This document shows positions 46,399-56,504 of a DNA stretch of 64,000 nt, one piece after another. The number at the start of each line of letters is the position of its first letter. The stretch's first letter is position 1. Both the position numbers and the translations under genes were made by a program. The notes below the pieces were generated by a model. It saw nothing but the letters and a program-made list of their open reading frames with translations, was not told where the DNA came from and searched no databases. The stretch comes from a virus (lineage: Duplodnaviria; Caudoviricetes). The stretch lies in the IMG/VR virus record IMGVR_UViG_3300021255_002694. The stretch is one strand, 5' to 3'.

Positions 46399-48434
46399 CA
46401 GTAGATTACTCACGAGAGATAAATAAACTTGTAGAATACCTAAATACATGCAGAGATCAGTATTATAATCACAATAATTCTATTATCACAGATAAGCAGT
46501 ATGATGATCTATTTGATCGGCTAAAAGAACTTGAAGAAGAATCAGGCATCATTCTTTCAAATTCTCCTACACAATCAGTAGGATATAATGCTGTAAGTTC
46601 ATTGCAGAAAGTTAAACATGAGGAAAGATTACTCTCTCTTGATAAGACAAAGAGCGTTTCTGATGTTTTAAAGTTCTGCGGTACAAAGAATGTTATCTTC
46701 ATGCATAAGATGGATGGACTTACTGTCGATCTAACATATGTTGACGGAAAGATCACACAAGCACTTACTCGCGGCGGTGACGATGGATACGGTGAAGATA
46801 TCACGCATAATGTAAAGTCAATTCTTGGTATTCCAACAACAATTCCAGTTAGCGGAAAGGTGCATATTTCCGGCGAAGCAATTATAACATATAAAGATTT
46901 TCAGTATATAAATTCTGGATTGAAAGAACCATATAAACATGTTAGGAATTGTGCAAGTGGAAGTGTTAGACAGTTTGACAGTGCTATCTGCGCACAAAGA
47001 AAAGTACGTTTTATTACATGGAATGCAAACGATCTATCAAAGAATGGAACAATGATGTCTGGACTTGATGAAGCTGATAAACTAGGATTTATTACAGTAT
47101 TTCGCAGAGGCGGAATGTCTGTTTCACGTATGATTGAAAAAGAGATTGCTGAAATCTTTGATAGTTTCAAGAAACGTGCTGAGATGTTAAGTTATCCTAT
47201 TGATGGAATTGTTATTATGTACGATAACATTGCATATGGTAAATCTTTAGGATCAACAGCACATCACCCTAGATGTGGTATTGCATATAAATTCTACGAT
47301 GAAACAGTTGAATCAAAGCTAAGAGGAATTGAATACTCAATAGGTAAAACAGGTGTTCTAACTCCTGTTGCTATATTTGATCCGAGAGATATTGACGGAA
47401 CTTCTGTGTCAAGAGCATCACTTAGCAATATATCTGTTCTAAAGTCTACACTAAATGTTGCATTTGATGGTCAGATTGTAAACATATCAAAAAGAAACGC
47501 TGTTATTCCGCATATTGAAAGTGCTGATATTAGCGGAATCACTCTTGGAAGTAAAGTATTTACAGTTCCAGATAAATGTCCGTGCTGCGGAGAACCAACA
47601 GCTATTGTAACAGACAGCAATTCTGGTGTCGAAACACTTGTTTGCACTAATAATAAATGCTCCGGCAGACTACTTAAAAAGTTCTCAGCGTTTGTTTCAA
47701 GAAGTGCAATGAATATTGACGGAATGTCTGAAAAAACTCTTGAAAAGTTTATTGACATGGGTTTGCTAAATACATATTCAGATATTTTCAGATTGAAAGA
47801 TTTTGCCGATAAAATTGTATGCCTTGACGGTTTTGCTGAAAAGTCTGTTACAAAGATGCTTGATTCTATTGAAAATGCAAAAAATACAACTCTTGTAAGG
47901 TTGTTTGTTGCACTAAATATTGATGGTATCGGCAAACAGACAGCAAATGATCTATCAACATTTTTTGCCGATAATCCTGAAAATGTACTGAAAATGAAAA
48001 CATCTGAAATTAGAGATAAACTAATTCATGTTGACGGATTTGGTGAAACTCTTGTTGATTCTATATGCAAGTGGCATGATTCAGATGAAGATATGAGTGA
48101 GTTCAGAAATCTACTCAGCTATATCACGATTGAAAGTACACCAGATCAAAAGTCAGATGTTCTAAATGGTCTAAAATTTGTTATTACCGGAAGTTTGGAA
48201 ACATATAGGAATAGAAACGATCTTATTTCTGATATTGAGAAAAATGGTGGAAAGGTACAATCTTCTGTAAGCAAAGAGACTTCATATCTTATCAATAATG
48301 ATGTAAATAGTACATCTGGTAAAAATAAAAAGGCAAAGGAACTTGGTGTTTCGATAATTTCAGAGAAAGATTTTGTACGTCTTTTGAACGGCAATCAGCC
48401 GCAAAAATCTGTAAAAAAGAAAGGGTTGTTTTAA
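46395..48434 (+). CDS. ligA: NAD-dependent DNA ligase
   Basis: KMDG adenylation motif, TRG, OB fold (GKTGVLTPV), Cys4 zinc finger, HhH, C-terminal BRCT (FVITG...GG..SVSK.T). Confidence 0.95.
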   Translation: MTVDYSREINKLVEYLNTCRDQYYNHNNSIITDKQYDDLFDRLKELEEESGIILSNSPTQSVGYNAVSSLQKVKHEERLLSLDKTKSVSDVLKFCGTKNVIFMHKMDGLTVDLTYVDGKITQALTRGGDDGYGEDITHNVKSILGIPTTIPVSGKVHISGEAIITYKDFQYINSGLKEPYKHVRNCASGSVRQFDSAICAQRKVRFITWNANDLSKNGTMMSGLDEADKLGFITVFRRGGMSVSRMIEKEIAEIFDSFKKRAEMLSYPIDGIVIMYDNIAYGKSLGSTAHHPRCGIAYKFYDETVESKLRGIEYSIGKTGVLTPVAIFDPRDIDGTSVSRASLSNISVLKSTLNVAFDGQIVNISKRNAVIPHIESADISGITLGSKVFTVPDKCPCCGEPTAIVTDSNSGVETLVCTNNKCSGRLLKKFSAFVSRSAMNIDGMSEKTLEKFIDMGLLNTYSDIFRLKDFADKIVCLDGFAEKSVTKMLDSIENAKNTTLVRLFVALNIDGIGKQTANDLSTFFADNPENVLKMKTSEIRDKLIHVDGFGETLVDSICKWHDSDEDMSEFRNLLSYITIESTPDQKSDVLNGLKFVITGSLETYRNRNDLISDIEKNGGKVQSSVSKETSYLINNDVNSTSGKNKKAKELGVSIISEKDFVRLLNGNQPQKSVKKKGLF

Positions 48435-49019
48435 TTGATTCTTATTCTGTGTGGCAAATCTGGATCAGGTAAAGATGCTATATTAAAGCATCTTGTAACA
48501 GATCATAAGTTTCTTCCGATCATTTCAACAACATCAAGACCTCCAAGATTCGGTGAGATGAGTGGTGTTGAGTATTACTTCACATCAAAATCAGAATTTC
48601 TTAAACTGATTGATCAGGATTTGCTTATTGAGTATAGAAAATACAATACGCTTGTAGACAATGTTCCAGATGTCTGGTATTATGGCATTGAAAAACGTGA
48701 TTTTGATGATAGATATGATTATGTTGTTATTCTTGACATCAAAGGAGCAAAAGAGTTCATTAAATATGCCGGAGATAATAATTGTGTTGTTCAATACATT
48801 GAAACAAGTGATGATGTTCGTGAACTGAGAGCAAAGAACAGAGGTTCTTTTAACAAGCCTGAGTGGGATCGCAGACTTGAAGCCGATGCTGTTGATTTCT
48901 CAGAAGAAGAAATTGAATCAGTAAGCGATTACATTGTCAACAATAACGGATTGCTGAAATATGCTATTGATGAAGTTATCGACAATTTCTACGTGTATAA
49001 ATCCGTATATAGGGAGTGA
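48435..49019 (+). CDS. gmk: guanylate kinase-like protein
   Basis: GKSGSGKD P-loop, STTSRPPRFGE..GVEYYF, YYG. Confidence 0.85.
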   Translation: MILILCGKSGSGKDAILKHLVTDHKFLPIISTTSRPPRFGEMSGVEYYFTSKSEFLKLIDQDLLIEYRKYNTLVDNVPDVWYYGIEKRDFDDRYDYVVILDIKGAKEFIKYAGDNNCVVQYIETSDDVRELRAKNRGSFNKPEWDRRLEADAVDFSEEEIESVSDYIVNNNGLLKYAIDEVIDNFYVYKSVYRE

Positions 49020-49025
49020 TTACAA

Positions 49026-49379
49026 ATGATTAACAAGAAACAGAAATTGATCAAAGAGTTGGAAACTAAATTAGATAATTTTCGCAAGATGTACACGGAA
49101 CTTGGTACTGAATTATCTAAAATTGAGAAAGATATTGCGATCTTAGAATTGATTGAATCTGGTGATTTGAAAGATGTTTATTTTGAATCAGACTTAGAGA
49201 AAATTCCAGAAACACCGTATTTTCCAAATCCAAGTACACCCCCATATTATAATCCAGTTGTAACACTTTATGGGTGTCCCACAGTAGGCGGAACAGGACT
49301 TCCTATTGATTATTACATGAATATCACATCTATCAACTCTGATGTAAAGGAAGATTCAAATGAAGAAGAATCTAAATAA
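49026..49379 (+). CDS. hypothetical protein (coiled coil plus Pro-rich)
   Basis: ORF in operon. Confidence 0.6.
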   Translation: MINKKQKLIKELETKLDNFRKMYTELGTELSKIEKDIAILELIESGDLKDVYFESDLEKIPETPYFPNPSTPPYYNPVVTLYGCPTVGGTGLPIDYYMNITSINSDVKEDSNEEESK

Positions 49380-49854
49380 AGGTAAACCTCTTTTTGGTGA
49401 TACTTCTAGTGCTGATCAGAGCGTTAAATTAAACAAGGTTGTAAAAGAAGATAAACCAAAAAGAGGTAGACCTAAAAAGACCACAACTGTAAATGAACCT
49501 AAGAGTGAAACAGTTGTAAAACCTAAACAGAAACAACAGCCTATCAAACAGATTACAAAGAAAAGAGTACCAGATCAGACAGATAAAAATGGTAAGTGGA
49601 GAGATTTCAATACATCTAAACCGGAATGCATGAAACCATGTGAGTTCTATGTCGATACTGGAAAAGATAAAATTGATATCTTTTACGGGTATGTTGAAAG
49701 AGCCGGAGTAACAGTTACAGATGAACCGTATAAGATGCGAGTATTGCGTAAGAAATATGGCAATCTTCAATACAGGGAAGTTAAAGGTTGTCAATCTGTA
49801 AATGACTGTCCGAATGGTTTTCCGCACTGTGATAAATGTAAGAAGAAGAATTGA
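49360..49854 (+). CDS. basic hypothetical protein with AT-hook-like KRGRPKK
   Basis: PKRGRPKK; C-terminal Cys cluster. Confidence 0.6.
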   Translation: MKKNLNKGKPLFGDTSSADQSVKLNKVVKEDKPKRGRPKKTTTVNEPKSETVVKPKQKQQPIKQITKKRVPDQTDKNGKWRDFNTSKPECMKPCEFYVDTGKDKIDIFYGYVERAGVTVTDEPYKMRVLRKKYGNLQYREVKGCQSVNDCPNGFPHCDKCKKKN

Positions 49855-49877
49855 TGCAACTGAAAGAGGTTTTGCAA

Positions 49878-50429
49878 ATGGATAAAAAGATAAAAGATAT
49901 GAGAAACGGGATATTATCTCTCCAAACGAGGCGTTTCGGAAACATGATGGAGATAATTATAAGAGAACTGTACGGGCTTGAAGAGTGTAATGGATCATCT
50001 TGCAACTTGTATGATAGTAATAAAGGATATAAGATTGCCCTCGCTTTTTCAAGAGCATTACTTTTTGCAGAAGGAAACTTAAAAGTGAATCCGCTTGAAG
50101 CGTGTATATGCTCCACAATACACAAAAGGTCTATAAAATCGACTGATACTGGGAAGAAATATAACTGTGTATTTCAGCAACTAAAGCTGAAAAATTTTGA
50201 CTACTTGTACTACGGTATATTGTTTAAGGATAAGGTTTTGATTTTCAAAGCACCGAGTTCAGACATACCACACATGCCATGCTTTTCAAACTTTCAGCAC
50301 AGAGACAATAAAAATGAGTCTCAGTTTCACTTAGATCAAACATCTATTTTGTGGCATGTTGACAGATACTTAGATAGAGAACTGACCTATGAGGAAATAT
50401 ATGATCTTCTGAGTAAGCTGGGAAAGTGA
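49878..50429 (+). CDS. hypothetical protein, possibly degenerate restriction-endonuclease-like fold
   Basis: FG..EI, FQQLK..FDYLYYG..F pattern; no clear PD-(D/E)xK catalytic residues. Confidence 0.45.
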   Translation: MDKKIKDMRNGILSLQTRRFGNMMEIIIRELYGLEECNGSSCNLYDSNKGYKIALAFSRALLFAEGNLKVNPLEACICSTIHKRSIKSTDTGKKYNCVFQQLKLKNFDYLYYGILFKDKVLIFKAPSSDIPHMPCFSNFQHRDNKNESQFHLDQTSILWHVDRYLDRELTYEEIYDLLSKLGK

Positions 50430-50467
50430 TTTTATGACAAAAGCATATTGGGGGAAGTTTTTAACAC

Positions 50468-50692
50468 ATGAATTTTGATATCAGTCTTAAAATGTGGAAA
50501 GTGATATTTAATCAATCCGGATATTGTATAGGTGCATTTGAATTTGATCTAGTTGATGATAACACTAAATTTGATGTTATTTACCAATCAGATAATAATT
50601 GTACCGCAGTAAACATTATTGCTGTAAACGAAACGATTGCAATGAATATGGCTAATCACATTTATTATGGTGTCACAAGACATTCAGCATAA
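50468..50692 (+). CDS. hypothetical protein
   Basis: ORF. Confidence 0.5.
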   Translation: MNFDISLKMWKVIFNQSGYCIGAFEFDLVDDNTKFDVIYQSDNNCTAVNIIAVNETIAMNMANHIYYGVTRHSA

Positions 50693-50751
50693 TGCACAAA
50701 ATTTACTTGTTTTATTTGTGAGCATTTTTCAGATATTTTTCTGAAAAATGC

Positions 50752-50786
50752 TTGACTTTTATCTTGAAATATGTTATACTATATTT
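50752..50786 (+). promoter_or_regulatory. sigmaA-type promoter P15, hairpin 50721-50752 abutting -35
   Basis: TTGACT-N17-TATACT-ATATTT. Confidence 0.85.
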
Positions 50787-50827
50787 ACAAGGTTAAGGAA
50801 AACAAAAGCGATAGTGAGGTACATATT

Positions 50828-51079
50828 ATGAGAATTTATGTTGTTACTGAGATGATTGATCTTAAAGTTAAAAGAATCACTGGTGCGACTGCTGATCGTG
50901 AGAGGGCTTTAGGAATGGCTTGTGCAGTTATGAAAGATCGTCTTAGAAATCATCTTGACATAACCGATCTCAATAAGTATTTGGCAAAGGAAAATGAAGA
51001 ACTTGATCACTATACACAGTGTGGTATTAACTGCATTGATACGTATAACACAGTTCAAATTACTGTATTCGATGATTGA
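50828..51079 (+). CDS. hypothetical early protein
   Basis: GTGAGG RBS. Confidence 0.65.
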   Translation: MRIYVVTEMIDLKVKRITGATADRERALGMACAVMKDRLRNHLDITDLNKYLAKENEELDHYTQCGINCIDTYNTVQITVFDD

Positions 51080-51095
51080 AAGTGAGGAATGTAAA

Positions 51096-51458
51096 ATGAA
51101 AGATATCAAAGATATGAACTATAAGGAATTCTCTACTACATATAAGAAAACTCTGCGTAGATATCCAGGTATGGAGTGTACTTTTAATACGGATACTAAA
51201 TATGAACTCACTCAGGTTCAATATGAGAAGATAGATGGATCAAATAAGTGGATTGAAGTTGATAGAAAAAATAAGATCATTACAGGTCAGAATTATATGA
51301 ATATTATTGATGCCATTGATTTCTTCCGTGATCTCGGTGGAAGAGAAACAGTTTCTATGGGATATACCTCTGTAGGCTATATTCCTGTTAAACTGAAAAG
51401 CATCAATCCTGATATTACTGTTAAGGTTGTAAGAACTTTTAATCCTGTTGACAAGTGA
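51096..51458 (+). CDS. hypothetical early protein
   Basis: GAAAGTGAGG RBS. Confidence 0.7.
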   Translation: MKDIKDMNYKEFSTTYKKTLRRYPGMECTFNTDTKYELTQVQYEKIDGSNKWIEVDRKNKIITGQNYMNIIDAIDFFRDLGGRETVSMGYTSVGYIPVKLKSINPDITVKVVRTFNPVDK

Positions 51459-51478
51459 TCTGAAAGTGAGGTAAAACT

Positions 51479-51895
51479 ATGAAAGAACTGAAATATGTCA
51501 TCACAACTGAGTTCGGTAATTCCAGAGACTTCTTCATGATCTGGGACGGTAACTATACATTTGATGATCCGCTCGGCATGACATGGACTAGCTTTAATGT
51601 CTTTGCAAAGTGCCAGAGACAGATCATGGTATCTGATAGACTCGGTACACTTACGCTGTTTAATACAGCGGAAGATGCCAAGAGACTCGCAGATGAGTGT
51701 GGTCTTAAAGACTACACAATTCGTCAAATTCTGTTTGATACAGATATTGACGGAGATACTCGTCTTTTAGCACAGCATAAGGCATTTTACGGTGCTGACA
51801 CATCTGTTACTGTTGAAACCTACACAAATAACAGATATGCAGAACCAGGCATTTCTGATGCCGCTATGAAACAGCTTGCTGAAATCTTCGGATAA
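51479..51895 (+). CDS. hypothetical early protein
   Basis: GAAAGTGAGG RBS. Confidence 0.7.
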   Translation: MKELKYVITTEFGNSRDFFMIWDGNYTFDDPLGMTWTSFNVFAKCQRQIMVSDRLGTLTLFNTAEDAKRLADECGLKDYTIRQILFDTDIDGDTRLLAQHKAFYGADTSVTVETYTNNRYAEPGISDAAMKQLAEIFG

Positions 51896-51923
51896 CGGCA
51901 ACATGAGAAAGTGAGGAAATGAT

Positions 51924-52205
51924 ATGAAATACACTAAAGATGAAATTAAAAAGATGGTAACAAGATATGTGGCGCTCCGTAAGCGTCAGAACGAGATCGA
52001 GACAGAGATGAAACTTATCAAGAGTGCGCTCATTGAATGTCTGGAAGAATTGCCGGATAAGAAGATGGAAGTTGGAAAGAGAGTTGTATCTGTTTCTGAC
52101 TGCTCGAAGAAAACCATCTCCTTTGCAAACCTCTACAAAAAGCATCCGAAGATTGCAGAGATGTTTGCAAGCGTGAGCGAATATAAGCAGCTCAATGTTA
52201 AATAA
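51924..52205 (+). CDS. small coiled-coil phage protein
   Basis: GAAAGTGAGG RBS. Confidence 0.7.
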   Translation: MKYTKDEIKKMVTRYVALRKRQNEIETEMKLIKSALIECLEELPDKKMEVGKRVVSVSDCSKKTISFANLYKKHPKIAEMFASVSEYKQLNVK

Positions 52206-52210
52206 ATGTA

Positions 52211-52249
52211 AAATCTGCTGTTCAGATAGTAAGTCTGAACAGCAGATTT
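52211..52249 (+). terminator. intrinsic terminator
   Basis: AAATCTGCTGTTCAGA / TCTGAACAGCAGATTT. Confidence 0.8.
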
Positions 52250-52284
52250 GCTATACTTATAATAAAAAAAACATTAAAAACCTA

Positions 52285-52318
52285 TTGACAAAATCATCTT
52301 ATTATGATATACTATATA
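52285..52318 (+). promoter_or_regulatory. sigmaA-type promoter P16
   Basis: TTGACA-N17-TATACT-ATATA. Confidence 0.8.
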
Positions 52319-52339
52319 TATAAGAAAGGTGTGATCAAT

Positions 52340-52864
52340 ATGAAATTCTATCATTATAGACTTGTTCCATATCTACCAGAAACACAGTTCCGCGAACAGA
52401 TTAAGAATATTCTGCTGTGCATGGAACAGTATGTAGAGGGAATTGATAAAAAGAGAAACGGTCCTAAAGAACCACAGTACAGAAAGGTTCTCGAAGATAT
52501 AAACAGCTTTTATCGTTATTTTGTTTGGTGTGAGTTCTGGTTGGAAAAACGAATCAAGAACTGTAAAGTTTCATCTGTCAAGACATATCTAAAAGAAACA
52601 TCTGAAACAACTAAAAACGCTGTTATTGATTTTTGCCAAAGTTTTGATGATTTTGACAACACTCTTATTTCAGGTCTTTCTGCGATTACAAGAACTGATC
52701 CAATTTACGGCGATCTTATGAATAAAGATTATCTTAGAATCTGTATGGCAGAGTTTTATTACAAATATATCTTTAGATCACCGAATAGTAAATTCACAGA
52801 TTTTGATTGGAAATATCTGTGTACAGGATATAAGGAAATAACTGGTGAAGAATATGCTATTTGA
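52340..52864 (+). CDS. possible pyrimidine-dimer glycosylase (DenV-like/TIGR02328) family, divergent
   Basis: MKFYHYRLVPYLPETQFREQ resembles the family N-terminus MRLWHxxLIPxLPxQQLLGQ. Confidence 0.4.
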   Translation: MKFYHYRLVPYLPETQFREQIKNILLCMEQYVEGIDKKRNGPKEPQYRKVLEDINSFYRYFVWCEFWLEKRIKNCKVSSVKTYLKETSETTKNAVIDFCQSFDDFDNTLISGLSAITRTDPIYGDLMNKDYLRICMAEFYYKYIFRSPNSKFTDFDWKYLCTGYKEITGEEYAI

Positions 52865-53336
52865 CGATTTCAATTTCATGCGAGATCAATTTGCACAAAT
52901 GTTTGTAGATGATTTATCAAGACATGGTGATGTGCAAACATCTCTCGAACACGCACTACAACACATTGCAAAAAAGTACAAAAAGTGGATTTTACCACAA
53001 TTTATTAAGATTGGAAATTCCGAAAGTAATCTTTTAGATATTAAAATTTTCGGTTGGGACAGAAATTATAACGGTGAGTACATTCAGGAAGATGAAGTGA
53101 AGTATTTATTATATGATTTCATTGACATTCATCCTTATGGAGATAACAGTATAGATTCAATCTGTAATCGAATTACAGATAAATTTGACAGATACATGAA
53201 ATCATCTTATACTATGGACCATGTTGAAGATGAAAATTCAACACCAAATGTATCTGCGCATAACTGTCCTAACTGCGGCGCATTTCTTAGAAAAGGCGTA
53301 CATAAGTGTGAATACTGCCAGACTGAGTTCTGGTAA
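52854..53336 (+). CDS. hypothetical protein with C-terminal zinc ribbon
   Basis: CPNCGA....CEYC. Confidence 0.65.
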   Translation: MLFDDFNFMRDQFAQMFVDDLSRHGDVQTSLEHALQHIAKKYKKWILPQFIKIGNSESNLLDIKIFGWDRNYNGEYIQEDEVKYLLYDFIDIHPYGDNSIDSICNRITDKFDRYMKSSYTMDHVEDENSTPNVSAHNCPNCGAFLRKGVHKCEYCQTEFW

Positions 53337-53369
53337 ATAATAATAAAAAAAACAAGGAGTTATATTCAA

Positions 53370-53690
53370 ATGAGCGATTTCAAAAATGGTGATATTGTTT
53401 CTTATCCAGTAAACGAGGGAACAAAATCAGAGAGACTTACACTTGGAAGATTGTCTGGAACAGGCTCTAATTTTTGGATTACTGGACCTGAAATTTCATC
53501 TGTTGTAAATGATCTATCCAAATGCACACTTATTGCGCATAAAAGCAAAAGAGTAGACAAAATCTACAAAAGATTTGAGGAACAGATGGATAAAGTAAGC
53601 ATCGAAGAGAGTGGATTTGATGTGTATGAGAGTGTAGCATCACTTGCATATGAACGATACACAAGAAAAATGTGTGATCTTGACGAGTGA
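53370..53690 (+). CDS. hypothetical protein
   Basis: AAGGAG RBS. Confidence 0.65.
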   Translation: MSDFKNGDIVSYPVNEGTKSERLTLGRLSGTGSNFWITGPEISSVVNDLSKCTLIAHKSKRVDKIYKRFEEQMDKVSIEESGFDVYESVASLAYERYTRKMCDLDE

Positions 53691-53700
53691 GGTAATTCAC

Positions 53701-53919
53701 ATGGATGAAGATTTTATTCTTTCTAAGGAAAAACAGTCTTTTTCAGGTGGAACAACTGAATGTCCTGTTTGCGGAAAAACATTTTATGTTCCATCCGGAA
53801 CAAGAAAAGAATATGTCTACAAAAAAGTAAATAGACAAGGCATAGTAAGATTTACATGTAGTAATAAGTGTTACACAAAATTATGTGATTATATTTCAAG
53901 TCACAGGTGGTCAAGATGA
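53701..53919 (+). CDS. small zinc-finger (TRASH/MYM-like) protein
   Basis: CPVCGK...TCSNKC. Confidence 0.6.
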   Translation: MDEDFILSKEKQSFSGGTTECPVCGKTFYVPSGTRKEYVYKKVNRQGIVRFTCSNKCYTKLCDYISSHRWSR

Positions 53920-54082
53920 TTTCCTTTGTAATTTCAATGGTTATCATGTTCAGAGAAGATTATTTTATTGAAAAGTATGGATTTGACTATTTACGTTCAA
54001 TACAGCTTGTTTTAGGATTACTTGAAGTTATCGAACTTTTTGTTGAATCTTTGTTCTTTATTGGTTTATCGAGGTTATTAAA

Positions 54083-55081
54083 ATGACGATAAAAGACATG
54101 ATTAAATTTAAGGCAATATCAAAATACGGTAAATTTGTTTCCGGTTATCATGTTGTCCAACATGGAAAACACTATATTGTAGATAATTCAGGAAACTACA
54201 CCGAAGTAAATGAAAATACTCTGTGTCTATTTACAGGATATAAAGACAGCAATGGTGTTGATCTGTATACAGACGATATTATTGAATATACAAGCACTAG
54301 AAGTGATCGGAAGATGATTGCGTGGATTGATTTCAATTCAGGTGCTATTGCTGTATCAGATGTTGATTATACACTTGTATATGATTTCTTCAACTCTCCG
54401 TTTGTGAAAGACATTCATTTTATTGGCAATGTCAATATTGGTGATTCCATGCGTGTAATGGATGAGTACGAAAATGATTATTACGAAAGTTGTGCTGAGG
54501 ACCCGATTGATGTAGATATTTGCATTGATAAAATTTCTAAAGCATGGAATAATTTTCAATGTATCATTTCATGTCATGACATAAACAATCCAGAGACTCT
54601 TACCGCCGATGATTTGGACACGGATGAGTATAGTAAATCTTTGTTTAGTTGTGCTAAGAATCTTAATATTAAAAAATATACTCCTGAAATTGATACGCAT
54701 ATCATTTCAAGTAAAATTGATGAATCATTTGATATTGATGATATTTGTTGTGATCCGTATACACCATTTCACGAACAAATAGATTTTATTATCAAACATG
54801 AAAGTGATATAATTGATAAAATTTTTATTGATGAATTCAGAGCAAACGGCTATGATACACCAGAAAAGATCAGGATTTTATTTGATACACATTTCTATAA
54901 ACTTGGTGATATGTTGAAAAACATAAAGCAAACTATAAGCGAATATCATGAAGCCGGAATTTTGAACTACTTGATTTATGATGTTTACGCACCACCAACA
55001 GAACCAAGTAAGTTATCAGATGAAGTAATTGAACGCATAAAAGATAGGATGGAATTTCTATATGGAACAGATGCCGAATGA
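54083..55081 (+). CDS. YopX-domain protein with long acidic C-terminal extension
   Basis: IKFKA...FTGYKDSNGVDLYTDDII...FIGNV. Confidence 0.7.
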   Translation: MTIKDMIKFKAISKYGKFVSGYHVVQHGKHYIVDNSGNYTEVNENTLCLFTGYKDSNGVDLYTDDIIEYTSTRSDRKMIAWIDFNSGAIAVSDVDYTLVYDFFNSPFVKDIHFIGNVNIGDSMRVMDEYENDYYESCAEDPIDVDICIDKISKAWNNFQCIISCHDINNPETLTADDLDTDEYSKSLFSCAKNLNIKKYTPEIDTHIISSKIDESFDIDDICCDPYTPFHEQIDFIIKHESDIIDKIFIDEFRANGYDTPEKIRILFDTHFYKLGDMLKNIKQTISEYHEAGILNYLIYDVYAPPTEPSKLSDEVIERIKDRMEFLYGTDAE

Positions 55082-55337
55082 TGTGCTTGAAAATTTGATG
55101 AAAAATATAAATGATAGAGCAAAAAATTGTGAGTTCAAATTCAATGATCACTTATCATGTGATTCAAGTTTCTATGATGCAATTAAAAATTATTTGATTT
55201 CTGCCGGAATGTTCAATCCACAGACAGATGAACTAACTATAAGTTCTCCGGCAAAAGAGCCATATCATTTCGATGTAAAGATAGTTAAACAGATTTATGA
55301 ATTTGATCTTACGATTGAACCGCCACAGGGGGGATAA
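55071..55337 (+). CDS. hypothetical protein
   Basis: ORF in operon. Confidence 0.55.
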   Translation: MPNDVLENLMKNINDRAKNCEFKFNDHLSCDSSFYDAIKNYLISAGMFNPQTDELTISSPAKEPYHFDVKIVKQIYEFDLTIEPPQGG

Positions 55338-55339
55338 AA

Positions 55340-55750
55340 ATGAGTAATTATACAAGACTTGCAAAGAGACATGGATTTGATCATGAGTATGAATATAAAA
55401 ACTATGTAAAGGCGAAGTGCAAAGGTAAGCTAGGAGAGTTTTACCTTAATAGATGCGGTAGAAGTCTTGTTAAAGCAAATGAACATTTTGATAGTGTTAT
55501 TAGAGGTCTACAAGAAGCATGTATTGACGATCTAAGAAAAGCGCTTTTCAACTGCGTTCCAGTACCCCGTGAATACATAGACAGAGAATACCTCATACAT
55601 GCTGATCTAGCACAAAAACCAGATGTTGTTGTACCACCTATAGAGATAATTCCATACGGAATACACACTCACCCTGGAAAGTCTTGGATTTGGTTGAAAG
55701 AGTTGATTGCAGAGAAAATAGCCGAAGCTGAAAATGAATTAAGCGAATGA
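55340..55750 (+). CDS. hypothetical protein (HGFDH family)
   Basis: RLAKRHGFDHEY shared with 56268 and 56505. Confidence 0.65.
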   Translation: MSNYTRLAKRHGFDHEYEYKNYVKAKCKGKLGEFYLNRCGRSLVKANEHFDSVIRGLQEACIDDLRKALFNCVPVPREYIDREYLIHADLAQKPDVVVPPIEIIPYGIHTHPGKSWIWLKELIAEKIAEAENELSE

Positions 55751-55758
55751 GGTTTATT

Positions 55759-56280
55759 ATGCGTAATGTTTTCCACGTTTCTCTGGACGCATATCTTAAT
55801 GGCGTTACTTTTAATCCAAGAGTTCCGGAAGATGCATCAAATGCAGCAAGAGATTACTTTGATAGTGATACTGGAACTTTTGAAAATACAAAAGCAGAGC
55901 GAGTTTGTTTTTCAAAAACAATCAATGGTGCATTAAATGCACTATCATGTGTACTATCAAGAAATAACCCGGTTCTTATGTTTGATCGAGTTTATGTTTA
56001 TATTCCAGAAAAAGATTTCAGATCGTATAAGCATAAGACAAATCGTAAAATCATAAGAGACAAAGATGTGTTTGATGCAAATGTAACAGGAGAAGTGTGG
56101 ATTACTGAGCCTGTAAAACTAAAACTGTATGCCGTGATCAATGTTGACGGAATTAAATATGTTAAAAACAAGAAATGTGTTTCTGATCGTTTTGGATATA
56201 GACATAAACGAAAGTATTTTAACTATAAATTCCATTATATTTTATCACCGAAAGTTGTTAAGAGAGGGTGTTCGGATTGA
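55759..56280 (+). CDS. phage protein, possible ART-like fold
   Basis: FHVS, FNPRVP, RVCFSKTINGAL, DANVTGEVW. Confidence 0.5.
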   Translation: MRNVFHVSLDAYLNGVTFNPRVPEDASNAARDYFDSDTGTFENTKAERVCFSKTINGALNALSCVLSRNNPVLMFDRVYVYIPEKDFRSYKHKTNRKIIRDKDVFDANVTGEVWITEPVKLKLYAVINVDGIKYVKNKKCVSDRFGYRHKRKYFNYKFHYILSPKVVKRGCSD

Positions 56281-56498
56281 ATTACAGGAAAAGGAAGAAA
56301 CTTAGTCGCATTGCTAAGTCACATGGGTTCGATCATTATTATATGTGGAAACGGTATGTAAAGCTGTCATGTGTACTGCAACCAAAAATTAAAGAGTTCT
56401 GCCCAAACTCAACGATAAATGTTCCGAAATCATTTTGGAATTGCTTTTGGATTTGTAAGGGCAGACCAAATCACATGATTGGCGGACAGAGTTCATAA
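56268..56498 (+). CDS. basic small protein, tandem paralog of 56505
   Basis: MFGLNYRKRKKLSRIAKSHGFDHYY. Confidence 0.7.
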   Translation: MFGLNYRKRKKLSRIAKSHGFDHYYMWKRYVKLSCVLQPKIKEFCPNSTINVPKSFWNCFWICKGRPNHMIGGQSS

Positions 56499-56504
56499 GA
56501 AAGG

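Noticed and set aside
49878-50429. Active type II restriction endonuclease
   Set aside because: Only vague resemblance; expected catalytic acidic/Lys residues are not evident and there is no adjacent methyltransferase.
6607-52339. ORFs apparently sharing an N-terminal MIYYIYK-like motif (6607, 45327, 50771, 52304; also 1674)
   Set aside because: This is the translated promoter motif TGATATACTATATTT, not protein; real starts are downstream behind RBSs. The MKLxIxE tag differs in having proper RBSs and varied codons.
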